NCBI GenBank assembly: GCA_964482665.1 | Contig: CAYZYW010000002.1 | Span: 1-53,758, forward strand | DNA: 53,758 nucleotides | Source of the DNA: Candidatus Woesearchaeota archaeon | GTDB taxonomy: Archaea; Nanobdellota; Nanobdellia; Pacearchaeales; GW2011-AR1 | Reading direction: 5' to 3' | Translations under genes and position numbers: made by a program | The notes under the pieces: model-generated | What the model was told of the DNA's origin: nothing | Databases searched by the model: none | Seen by the model: the letters and a program-made list of their open reading frames with translations, nothing else | Shown here: piece by piece, positions 27,326 through 34,645 of the stretch | Layout of the letters: each line of letters opens with the position of its first letter | Position numbering within the stretch: the first letter of the stretch is position 1

Positions 27326-27688
27326 ATGTCAAAAAAAACATGTGCGGATTGTAATGGAAAGTGTTGTAAATATGTTGCAATGGAAATTGATATTCCTGAG
27401 GTGATAGAGGATTTTGAAAATATTAAATGGTACGTTGCACATGAAAATATTCATGTTTATATTGAAGAAGATGGAACATGGAACATTGAATTTATTACGA
27501 AATGTAAATATTTAGGTAAAAATAATAAATGTGAGAATTATGAAAATCGTCCCGAGATTTGTAAAAAATATGGTCAAGATGAGTGTCCGTTTCATAATGA
27601 TTATGAAGAGTCGTATAGTTTTAGGTCAATTGAGGATGTTGAAAAATATATTGAAGATGTTTTTAAAAAGGGAGGAGGTGGGAAATGA
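27326..27688 (+). CDS. YkgJ/UPF0153-type cysteine-cluster protein
   Basis: CADCNGKCCKY and additional Cys motifs. Confidence 0.6.
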   Translation: MSKKTCADCNGKCCKYVAMEIDIPEVIEDFENIKWYVAHENIHVYIEEDGTWNIEFITKCKYLGKNNKCENYENRPEICKKYGQDECPFHNDYEESYSFRSIEDVEKYIEDVFKKGGGGK

Positions 27689-27894
27689 AAATTAAAATAA
27701 AACTTCATCCAAATTCTTCGCAGGAAAAAATAGAGAAAATCGATTCTAATAATTATGAAGTTTGGATTAAGGAGCAACCGATTAAGGGAAAAGCTAATAA
27801 ATATTTGGAAAAGTTTTTGAAAAAGTATTTTAAGAAAGAAGTGAAGATTATTTCAGGTTTAAGTAGTAGAAAGAAGATTGTTGAGATATTTTGA
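27685..27894 (+). CDS. DUF167 (YggU-like) protein
   Basis: Size and the pattern ..KGKANKYLEKFLKKYF...V.IISGLSSRKKIVEI. ATGA overlap with the upstream gene. Confidence 0.7.
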   Translation: MKIKIKLHPNSSQEKIEKIDSNNYEVWIKEQPIKGKANKYLEKFLKKYFKKEVKIISGLSSRKKIVEIF

Positions 27895-29076
27895 TCATCG
27901 AGTTATAATTTCCAACGCATCTCGATGTTTTAATTCGTAATTTTTTCCTAATGCTCGTTTTGTTCTGGCGTCGATTGCTTTTATAAAATTGTTTCCGAAG
28001 TCTGTATGAAGAAAAAATGCAAAGTCTAATGCTGTTGATCCTTGTGGCAACAAGAAACAATCAGGTAAAATATTTCCCTTGCTATCTCCTAATTTGTTTG
28101 CGGATGCTGGGAAAATTGCTATGTATTTTAATAAATCAAATATAGCTGAATTTAAAATTTCTTGAACACCCGTTCCATTGTAAATATCTAAAACATTTGT
28201 TTTTATTTTTTCTAGTGCCTCGCTTTGTTCCTTGCTTAAATCTTTTAATATTTCAAAATGTTTCTCTCCAGGAATATAATTAATTAATTCAGCTTTTGCA
28301 GCTTGTCTTAATGCTAATTCTGAATCAGCAGAGCATGGATAAATTAAAAGGTTTGGGTATTCTTTTTGCATTTTTTCAATATTTGTTTTTGAGTTTTCTT
28401 TGTCACATTTGTTTGCTGCAATAATCATAGGTTTGCTAATATTTCGTAAGGCTGATGCAAACTCTCTGACTTGTTCTTCGCTCCACATTGTGGGTTTTTC
28501 AGGCAAATTCAATTTTAATAAAACTTCTTTGACTTGGAATTCTTTAACTTTTAATCCTGAAAATTGTTTCGCGATAGCTTCAGAAAATTTTGATTTTTCC
28601 ATTTCTGTTTTTCGTGCGAAACTTCTCCATACTTTTTTTAAAATATTGTAATACCAATTTCCCAATTCTTCATCTAGGAATTTAATATCTTCGCATGGAT
28701 TATAATTTTTTGTTGGTTTTCCTTCTATATCTGTTTCTCCAGACGAATCTACGATGTGAATAAATATATCAGCTTGTCTTAAGTCATCTAGGAATTGATT
28801 TCCCAATCCTTTCCCTTCTGATGCTCCAGGGACTAATCCTGCTACATCCATCAAATCAACTGGGACAAATCTTTGATGATTTATGCAAAATCCATGGCTT
28901 GGATTACATTGTGTTTTGAATTCTTTATCTATACAATCAACTTTAACATACCCTACTCCGTGATTTGCTTTTATTGTTGTAAATGGATATGATGCAATTT
29001 CAACTTCGGCCATTGTCGCGGCTTTAAAAAATGTTGATTTTCCACATGAGGGTTTTCCTACTAATCCTATTAACAT
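27895..29076 (-). CDS. Obg-like GTPase/ATPase of the YchF/Ygr210 family with TGS domain
   Basis: GLVGKPSCGKST G1 motif, DVAGLV G3 motif, NKCD G4 motif, and a C-terminal TGS-like segment. Confidence 0.8.
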   Translation of the reverse strand: MLIGLVGKPSCGKSTFFKAATMAEVEIASYPFTTIKANHGVGYVKVDCIDKEFKTQCNPSHGFCINHQRFVPVDLMDVAGLVPGASEGKGLGNQFLDDLRQADIFIHIVDSSGETDIEGKPTKNYNPCEDIKFLDEELGNWYYNILKKVWRSFARKTEMEKSKFSEAIAKQFSGLKVKEFQVKEVLLKLNLPEKPTMWSEEQVREFASALRNISKPMIIAANKCDKENSKTNIEKMQKEYPNLLIYPCSADSELALRQAAKAELINYIPGEKHFEILKDLSKEQSEALEKIKTNVLDIYNGTGVQEILNSAIFDLLKYIAIFPASANKLGDSKGNILPDCFLLPQGSTALDFAFFLHTDFGNNFIKAIDARTKRALGKNYELKHRDALEIITR

Positions 29077-29175
29077 GAAAAACAATAAGAAAGAGTATAT
29101 TTAAGAATTGTGGAGATTGTTTTCGGGTGAAAGGGAATAAAAAAATAAAAAAAGAAGTAAAAAATTGTTGAAGAA

Positions 29176-29793
29176 TTATTCTTCGGTTTCGTCAGATTCG
29201 CTAGCTAGAAATGCCCACCATGGCTTTTGAGATCTAATGATTTCACCTGTTTCAGCATCAACTTGAGCTTGAACATTCATATTAGCTTTGAATAATCCAA
29301 AAACTTTTGATTGCTTTTGTGTTTTAATTTCATAAGCTGCTCGTGTTTTATTACCTTTTCCAATTTCTTTAAGTTCAATTGTGCAATTTTCATTACAATT
29401 CCTTAATCTAAGTCTTGCTAGCGCAGTTTCGGAGGCTGTGCTTGGCATTATTTTAATTTCAGCATTTCTTCCATTTGAAAGCTTCATTTTTAATTGACTT
29501 TTGTTTTGAATCATTTCACGAGTCAAATTGTTTAGACATGTTGCAGAAATATTTTCAACTTCTAGGCGACATTGATTATTGTTTTCTCGAGAAACTTTCA
29601 TTTTTTGACCTTTATTATTGGTATATTCTCCATCTTCAATTCCTTGACCTGTTCCTTGGTTTTCTGCTTTTAGTTCTGGATTGTTTATACCAGTTCCGGG
29701 TTCATGAACACCCTGTTGATTTTGCGCAAAAGCAAATCCTGTCATAAAAATTAATCCGATAAGTGCAATTAATATTAAATTTATATTTTTCAT
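29176..29793 (-). CDS. secreted hypothetical protein
   Basis: Strong AGGAGGT SD, a signal peptide, and a C-terminus with a PepSY-like VDAETGEII pattern. Confidence 0.55.
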   Translation of the reverse strand: MKNINLILIALIGLIFMTGFAFAQNQQGVHEPGTGINNPELKAENQGTGQGIEDGEYTNNKGQKMKVSRENNNQCRLEVENISATCLNNLTREMIQNKSQLKMKLSNGRNAEIKIMPSTASETALARLRLRNCNENCTIELKEIGKGNKTRAAYEIKTQKQSKVFGLFKANMNVQAQVDAETGEIIRSQKPWWAFLASESDETEE

Positions 29794-29857
29794 TTTTACC
29801 TCCTTACGGGAAATGTAGGAATAGGGTATATTAAAATGTTTTTATAAAAATGGTTAT

Positions 29858-31456
29858 TTAATCCTGTCCTGTTTGTTCTAGATAATCAGAATAATTTCCA
29901 GGATAACTTGAAATTTTTTTATCTTTGATTTCCATAATTCGTGTTGCTATTTTGTCTACAAAATATCTGTCGTGAGATACAAAAACTATTGTTCCTTGGA
30001 ATTTTTGTAAAGCTTTTTCTAATGAGTCAACTAGGTGAATATCTAAATTATTTGTTGGTTCGTCTAAAATTAAAACATTATTTTTTTCTATACTAATTCT
30101 TAAAATATTTAATCTACCTCTTTCTCCACCTGAAAGATATTTTATTTTTTTATTGAAAACATCTTGATGAAAACCGTATTTTTTTAGCATTGATATTAAT
30201 TGATTTTCATTTTTTCCAGTTTTATCCATCATAAAATCAATTATTGTTTTTTCTTTATTAACATCTTCAAGCTCTTGATCAAAATATCCAATTTTAATAT
30301 TTTTTCTTTGTGAAACACTTCCTTCACTTGGATTCATTTTACCAATTAGCATTTTTAAAAAAGTAGATTTTCCCATTCCATTTTCACCAAGGATACAAAC
30401 CTTTTCCCCAAAATCAATTTCGGAATTTACTTTTTTGAATAAAAGCTTATCGTCAAATTTTTTTTCAACATCTTCCATTCTAAAAATATTACAATTATGT
30501 AAACCTTCATTGTTAAAATATATTTTAATATTTCTTATAAAATCAAATGGATTTTCTACGTCGTCTAATTTTTTTGCATCAGCTTCAAGGCGTTTTGCAA
30601 CTATCACCATTTTTTTACTTGTTGACCATTGTCTTTTTTGTTTTGCTGATTCTAATAATCTTTTCTTTTCTTTTTTAACATTTGTATAATTTCTTTCTAA
30701 ATTTTTTAGATAATCTTCTTTTCGTTCTGCATATTTTTCAAATTTATATTTCCATTCTTTTATTCTTTTATTCTCTAAATCCCAAACTTTTTCAGATACT
30801 TGATTTAAAAAATATCTATCATGTGAAATTACTATTAAACTTTCTATATTTTTATTTATATAATCTTCAAGCCATTTACGTGTTCCTAAATCTAAATTGT
30901 TTGTTGGCTCATCTAATAAATATAGATCTGCTTTTTTTGAAAGACATTCTGCTAATCTTAATTTTGTTTTTTGTCCGCCGCTTAAATTTTTTATTTTTTG
31001 ATTTAAAGCTTCTTTGTCGATCCCTAAAATATCTAATAATTTTTGAATATTTTCTTGTTCAATATCAAAAGACGAATCTGTTAATAATAAATTATATTTA
31101 TCCATAAGTGAATCAAATTGAGCTTCGTTTTCAAAGATGTCCGGATTCCCAATTTCTTTTTCAAGTTTTATTTTCATTTTTTCTAATTGTTTCTTTTTGT
31201 CTTCTAGATAGCTTCCAAAAGTTTTATCTAAATTTGCAAAATTTTGATCTTGTTCCATTAAACTTATTTTCATGTCCGAAACCATAATACGTCCTTGAAA
31301 ATTTTCTTTACCAGATAGGCAATTGAAAAAAGTTGTTTTTCCAGATCCGTTTTTTCCAATGAATGCGATTTTGTCTTTTGAGTGAAAAATTAAATTTACA
31401 TTTTCAAATAAGTTTTCTCTTTCAAATCCTTTGGATAATTCATGGATGTTTATCAT
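29858..31456 (-). CDS. ABC-F family ATPase (two ABC domains, no TM domain)
   Basis: Two Walker A motifs (GKNGSGKTT, GENGMGKST), two LSGG signatures, ISHDRYFLN and VSHDRYFVD, an inter-domain linker, and GNYSDYLE. Confidence 0.85.
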   Translation of the reverse strand: MINIHELSKGFERENLFENVNLIFHSKDKIAFIGKNGSGKTTFFNCLSGKENFQGRIMVSDMKISLMEQDQNFANLDKTFGSYLEDKKKQLEKMKIKLEKEIGNPDIFENEAQFDSLMDKYNLLLTDSSFDIEQENIQKLLDILGIDKEALNQKIKNLSGGQKTKLRLAECLSKKADLYLLDEPTNNLDLGTRKWLEDYINKNIESLIVISHDRYFLNQVSEKVWDLENKRIKEWKYKFEKYAERKEDYLKNLERNYTNVKKEKKRLLESAKQKRQWSTSKKMVIVAKRLEADAKKLDDVENPFDFIRNIKIYFNNEGLHNCNIFRMEDVEKKFDDKLLFKKVNSEIDFGEKVCILGENGMGKSTFLKMLIGKMNPSEGSVSQRKNIKIGYFDQELEDVNKEKTIIDFMMDKTGKNENQLISMLKKYGFHQDVFNKKIKYLSGGERGRLNILRISIEKNNVLILDEPTNNLDIHLVDSLEKALQKFQGTIVFVSHDRYFVDKIATRIMEIKDKKISSYPGNYSDYLEQTGQD

Positions 31457-31487
31457 TGTTCTTGTAGAATATTAAGAAATTGGGGTT

Positions 31488-31630
31488 TTAAAGGGTGTGG
31501 GGCACCAAGGTTCCCCTTACAATAACCCCTCCTTCTCTGTTCCGGCTAGTGGTATCTTTTAATTGCCTCCGATGGATACCACGAGAGGTTGTCAAGCAAC
31601 CTTTTTATGTGTGCTGTATAAGTTAGAGTT
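31488..31630 (+). repeat. GC-rich hairpin element, divergent copy 4
   Basis: Same architecture as copies 1-3 (TTAA, hairpin, CCTCC tract, hairpin ggttg-tcaag-caacc, T5). The tail TGTGTGCTGTATAAGTTAGAGTT is nearly identical to the other copies. Confidence 0.6.
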
Positions 31631-31647
31631 ATGGATGATTTGGTTAT

Positions 31648-31670
31648 ATCCTACTGAGATTTTAACTCAG
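31648..31670 (-). repeat. 23-nt exact duplicate of the tRNA-Ile T-arm and 3' acceptor end (att-like)
   Basis: atcctactgagattttaactcag is identical to 33909-33931. Confidence 0.85.
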
Positions 31671-31710
31671 TTATAAAAAATCACTCACTGGGACAAATTG
31701 TAATAAAAAA

Positions 31711-32016
31711 TTATTTAATCACGTAAACTTCGCCACTTATATCAATGCCAGTAACTTTCTCTCTTCCTATTGAAGAAGGTATTTTATTAAGGACATATTC
31801 TGCAAACTCATTTGCATCATTATAATTTTTAGGGGCTTTGTAAACAAATTGGACGCCAAATCTATTTTTAGAAGTTCTTCGAACATACATTAATTTAACC
31901 AACGGATCTTTTTTTAGCTTATGTCCTAATTTTAAAATTTGTTCTTTTGACACACTTTCTGAAAATCTTATAACCCCACATACAATTTTACTTCGTTTGA
32001 TTACATTTTTATTCAT
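31711..32016 (-). CDS. hypothetical protein (101 aa)
   Basis: ORF with an upstream TATA-like box. No family recognised. Confidence 0.5.
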   Translation of the reverse strand: MNKNVIKRSKIVCGVIRFSESVSKEQILKLGHKLKKDPLVKLMYVRRTSKNRFGVQFVYKAPKNYNDANEFAEYVLNKIPSSIGREKVTGIDISGEVYVIK

Positions 32017-32107
32017 AATTTATAATATGCGTTGAATTATTTAAATATTTCTAATATATTTAAATAATTTACAATAATATTTTAAACTATCAACTCATCT
32101 CTATATT

Positions 32108-32317
32108 ATGATAGAACTAATTCCTTATTTAGTAATTGCAATGATAGTTTATGATTTATCTATTCACTTTGTTTATTTTTTAAATCTTGATGAATGGGTG
32201 ATCAAAAAAAAATTGAATTGGTGGTTTAATTGGTGGGGTAATAAGTATCAAATATTTTGGATTACTTATTGGTTAATTGTATTAATACTTCTAATAACTT
32301 ATGTTATTCTTAGATAG
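32108..32317 (+). CDS. small membrane protein (69 aa, Trp-rich)
   Basis: Two hydrophobic segments. TATA centred about 26 nt upstream. Confidence 0.45.
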   Translation: MIELIPYLVIAMIVYDLSIHFVYFLNLDEWVIKKKLNWWFNWWGNKYQIFWITYWLIVLILLITYVILR

Positions 32318-32347
32318 ACACCATATTATTCTTATTTGAAATATTAT

Positions 32348-32518
32348 CTAACCAATATGTCTTAAAATACGTTCAAAAAAATTAATAACTTTCTCAAAAA
32401 AATTTGACCAACGCTTATTATCAACATAATAATGTATTGCAACTATAATCATTAATAATGCAAACATTATTCCAACAATGCTATAATAAATCAGTGCAGG
32501 CCTATCCCAAAATGTCAT
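32348..32518 (-). CDS. possible 56-aa membrane micro-protein (below track cutoff)
   Basis: ATG..TAG ORF MTFWDRPALIYYSIVGIMFALLMIIVAIHYY... with one TM segment. Confidence 0.3.
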   Translation of the reverse strand: MTFWDRPALIYYSIVGIMFALLMIIVAIHYYVDNKRWSNFFEKVINFFERILRHIG

Positions 32519-32563
32519 ATATATTTATATGAAATATTATTATTAAATCTTTTCACCCAGTTA

Positions 32564-33022
32564 TCACCAAAGTTTTTTCATCATAACTTTATCTTTTGAT
32601 TTAGATTTTCCAATTACCCAATATCCTGACGGCATAAGGTGATAACCTCTTTTTTTATAAAAATTAAGTGCAGATTTTGTAGAATATAGTCTTACTTGTC
32701 TTATCTTTTTCGAACGAGCATAATTTTCAATAAAATCCATTAATTGAGCCCCGATACCTTTTCCAACCTCAGAGCTCTTGATAAATAATCCTGCAATTTT
32801 GTCTCCACTCAAATCAACAGTTCCCAATAAAGTATTATCTTCCCATGCACAAAATATATTTTTATCTTTCATTTTATTAATAGTTCCCTGTGTAGAATTT
32901 TCATTTATTAAAAATTGAATGAATACCTTAGGATAACCATTTTTATTTATTTCTCTAATGGTCTTTCTTCTTAATGCACTAATTTTTTTCGCATCTTTTT
33001 TTCTTGCTTTTCTAATTATCAT
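32564..33022 (-). CDS. GNAT family N-acetyltransferase
   Basis: GKGIGAQLMDFIENYA...FYKKRGY acetyl-CoA-binding motif. Confidence 0.8.
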   Translation of the reverse strand: MIIRKARKKDAKKISALRRKTIREINKNGYPKVFIQFLINENSTQGTINKMKDKNIFCAWEDNTLLGTVDLSGDKIAGLFIKSSEVGKGIGAQLMDFIENYARSKKIRQVRLYSTKSALNFYKKRGYHLMPSGYWVIGKSKSKDKVMMKKLW

Positions 33023-33126
33023 CTTTTGTAATCAATTGAATCCCGGGTTATTTAATTATTTAACTCAGATGTAAAAAGTTATTTGGTGAGGCAAATTGAA
33101 GGGGAGTTGGAACATAGTTGATAAAT

Positions 33127-33651
33127 TTATTTTACAACTGCCCAATACATATTATCTAAATATTTTCCATTTTTAACAAATTCTTTCCGAAGGATGCCTT
33201 CAAATTTATATCCTGCTTTTTCAAGAACTCTTGCAGAGGCTTTATTGGATGTTCTACACCTACCAACTAATCTTTTCAACTTATATTTTTTAAACACATA
33301 CTTAGTAAATAATTTGAGAGATTTAGACATTAGACCTTTACTCCTGAAATCTGGATGCATACAATAACTAATGATCGCCTTATGTTCAGCATATTTTTTA
33401 TTTAAATCGTGAACAACTATATATCCAGCAAATTTTCCTTTAACATCAATTACAAATGTCTCTTCATGAGGTTTTTTTGTTTTAAGATTTACAATTTCCT
33501 TTCGAATTATAGTTTTAATTAAATGAACAGATATAGAAGTGGTCATAGAATTTTCTATTGATAACGGATCAGTTTCACATTCAACATATTTTTCAGCATC
33601 AGATAATTTTATTGGTCTTAAAATAAATCCTTTACTTTTAATAATCACCAT
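33127..33651 (-). CDS. GNAT family N-acetyltransferase (RimJ/RimL-like)
   Basis: RSKGLMSKSL...NKASARVLEKAGYKFEGILR signature. Confidence 0.8.
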   Translation of the reverse strand: MVIIKSKGFILRPIKLSDAEKYVECETDPLSIENSMTTSISVHLIKTIIRKEIVNLKTKKPHEETFVIDVKGKFAGYIVVHDLNKKYAEHKAIISYCMHPDFRSKGLMSKSLKLFTKYVFKKYKLKRLVGRCRTSNKASARVLEKAGYKFEGILRKEFVKNGKYLDNMYWAVVK

Positions 33652-33723
33652 ATTAAGACAGAAACATTTGTATTATATAAATATGATTAAAATAAGTTTC
33701 TTATCTGGTTATCACCAAGTAAA

Positions 33724-33906
33724 ATGATCCTACTTGCTCGCACATCGCAAAATCTTCTTTAAATTCACTTCGTTCATTTATTCGAAATTTTGGAAATGTT
33801 CGGATTTTAACAGGATTGAATTTTCAATTCAAGAAAGTTGTCGGAATTTGCAAAGCATAAAATCTCAGAATTAAATAATAGAGTTGAATCTATTCAACTC
33901 TAGATA
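33724..33906 (-). repeat. tRNA-Ile trailer module A (10-bp hairpin plus about 150 nt homologous to module B), ending in an 11-nt duplicate of the tRNA-Ile 3' end
   Basis: Hairpin tagagttgaa-tcta-ttcaactcta at 33879-33902. atgatcctact occurs at both 33724-33734 and 33906-33916. About 70% identity by eye to 34226-34400. Confidence 0.6.
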
Positions 33907-34035
33907 TGATCCTACTGAGATTTTAACTCAGGACCTCTGGCTCTCTTAGATTCTTTGGGGATTCCAAAAGATAACAACCCTGACGGATTGCATTCATATA
34001 AGACCAGCGCTCTGAACAGACTGAGCTATAGGATC
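33907..34035 (-). tRNA. tRNA-Ile (anticodon UAU) with a 54-nt intron at the canonical 37/38 position
   Basis: Hand-folded cloverleaf: acceptor GATCCTA/TAGGATC, D stem GCTC/GAGC, anticodon stem CTGGT/GCCAG, loop CT-TAT-A[intron]A, T arm CTGAG-TTAAAAT-CTCAG. Confidence 0.8.
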
Positions 34036-34046
34036 TTTGTTTGTAT

Positions 34047-34112
34047 TCCTATAGTGAAGCCCGTAAGACTGTGGTTTACGTTAATAGGCCATTCCTGTGG
34101 GAAGCTATAGGA
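34047..34112 (-). other. 66-nt structured element closed by an 8-bp stem (tcctatag/ctatagga) just upstream of tRNA-Ile
   Basis: Terminal inverted repeat plus internal hairpins cgtaa/ttacg and ttcc/ggaa. Its minus-strand 5' arm repeats the tRNA-Ile 5' end (ATCCTATAGCT). Confidence 0.45.
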
Positions 34113-34179
34113 TTTAATAATTTTTCAAGTATATTCAGTTATTTAAAGTTTTTTAGTATTGAAAAGTACAAAAAGATAT

Positions 34180-34224
34180 AGTATATGATTCAATCCCTAT
34201 TTTGAACCATATACTAACGCTCTC
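34180..34224 (-). repeat. 14-bp hairpin with loop AATAGGGA plus a degenerate copy of the tRNA-Glu 3' end
   Basis: Paralog of 34401-34445. Four compensatory stem changes, and the single mismatch is a G-U pair only on the minus strand. Confidence 0.65.
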
Positions 34225-34225
34225 T

Positions 34226-34438
34226 TCTTTTCACATGTCGTAAAATTTTTTATAAATTCGTTATACTCATTTATCTAAAAATTTCAGAAATGTTTGGACC
34301 TTGAAAAGGTTTTTGTGATCCTTGGGGTTATTCGAAATGGGTTGAATTAAAAATTCAATAAATCTTTTTGAATTTGTAGAGTGTAGAATATCAGAGATAT
34401 AGAGTATAACTCAATCCCTATTTTGAGTTACACTCTAA
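34226..34438 (-). repeat. tRNA-Glu trailer module B (homologous to module A) including the 14-bp hairpin at 34401-34436
   Basis: Aligned by eye to 33737-33878. The hairpin lies directly 3' of tRNA-Glu. Confidence 0.6.
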
Positions 34439-34585
34439 CGCCCTCACCGAGATTCGAACTCGGGTCACCGCCTATCTCCAAAGAAAGGCTGCATTTAGAT
34501 GCTAGACTTCCACTCTCCTCGAGATTTCATCACCTCTTCTTCAATTTTGAGAGGGCGGCATACTTGGCCTCTGTACTATGAGGGC
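34439..34585 (-). tRNA. tRNA-Glu (anticodon CUC) with an intron of about 74 nt at 37/38
   Basis: Hand-folded: acceptor GCCCTCA/TGAGGGC, D stem GTAC/GTAT, anticodon stem CCGCC/GGCGG, loop CT-CTC-A[intron]A, T arm CCGAG-TTCGAAT-CTCGG. Confidence 0.8.
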
Positions 34586-34608
34586 ATATAAAAATAACTC
34601 AAAGATGT

Positions 34609-34616
34609 TTTATAAA
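34609..34616 (-). promoter_or_regulatory. TATA box (TTTATAAA on minus strand) centred about 27 nt upstream of tRNA-Glu position +1
   Basis: The spacing would place the transcription start at or next to the mature 5' end. Confidence 0.45.
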
Positions 34617-34645
34617 TTTTTACAATATTTTAGAATAGTGAACTA

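Noticed and set aside
31494-31606. RNase P RNA, 5S rRNA or tRNA identity for the GC-rich island upstream of the ABC-F gene
   Set aside because: No GGAAAGUCC or ACAGAA..GGCUUA-type RNase P motifs, no 5S-like loop motifs, and no cloverleaf could be folded. It is treated as a divergent member of the repeat family.
34486-34550. Box C/D sRNA inside the tRNA-Glu intron (GUGAUGA present)
   Set aside because: A good box C-like heptamer exists, but no CUGA box D or D' and no C' box follow at the expected spacing.
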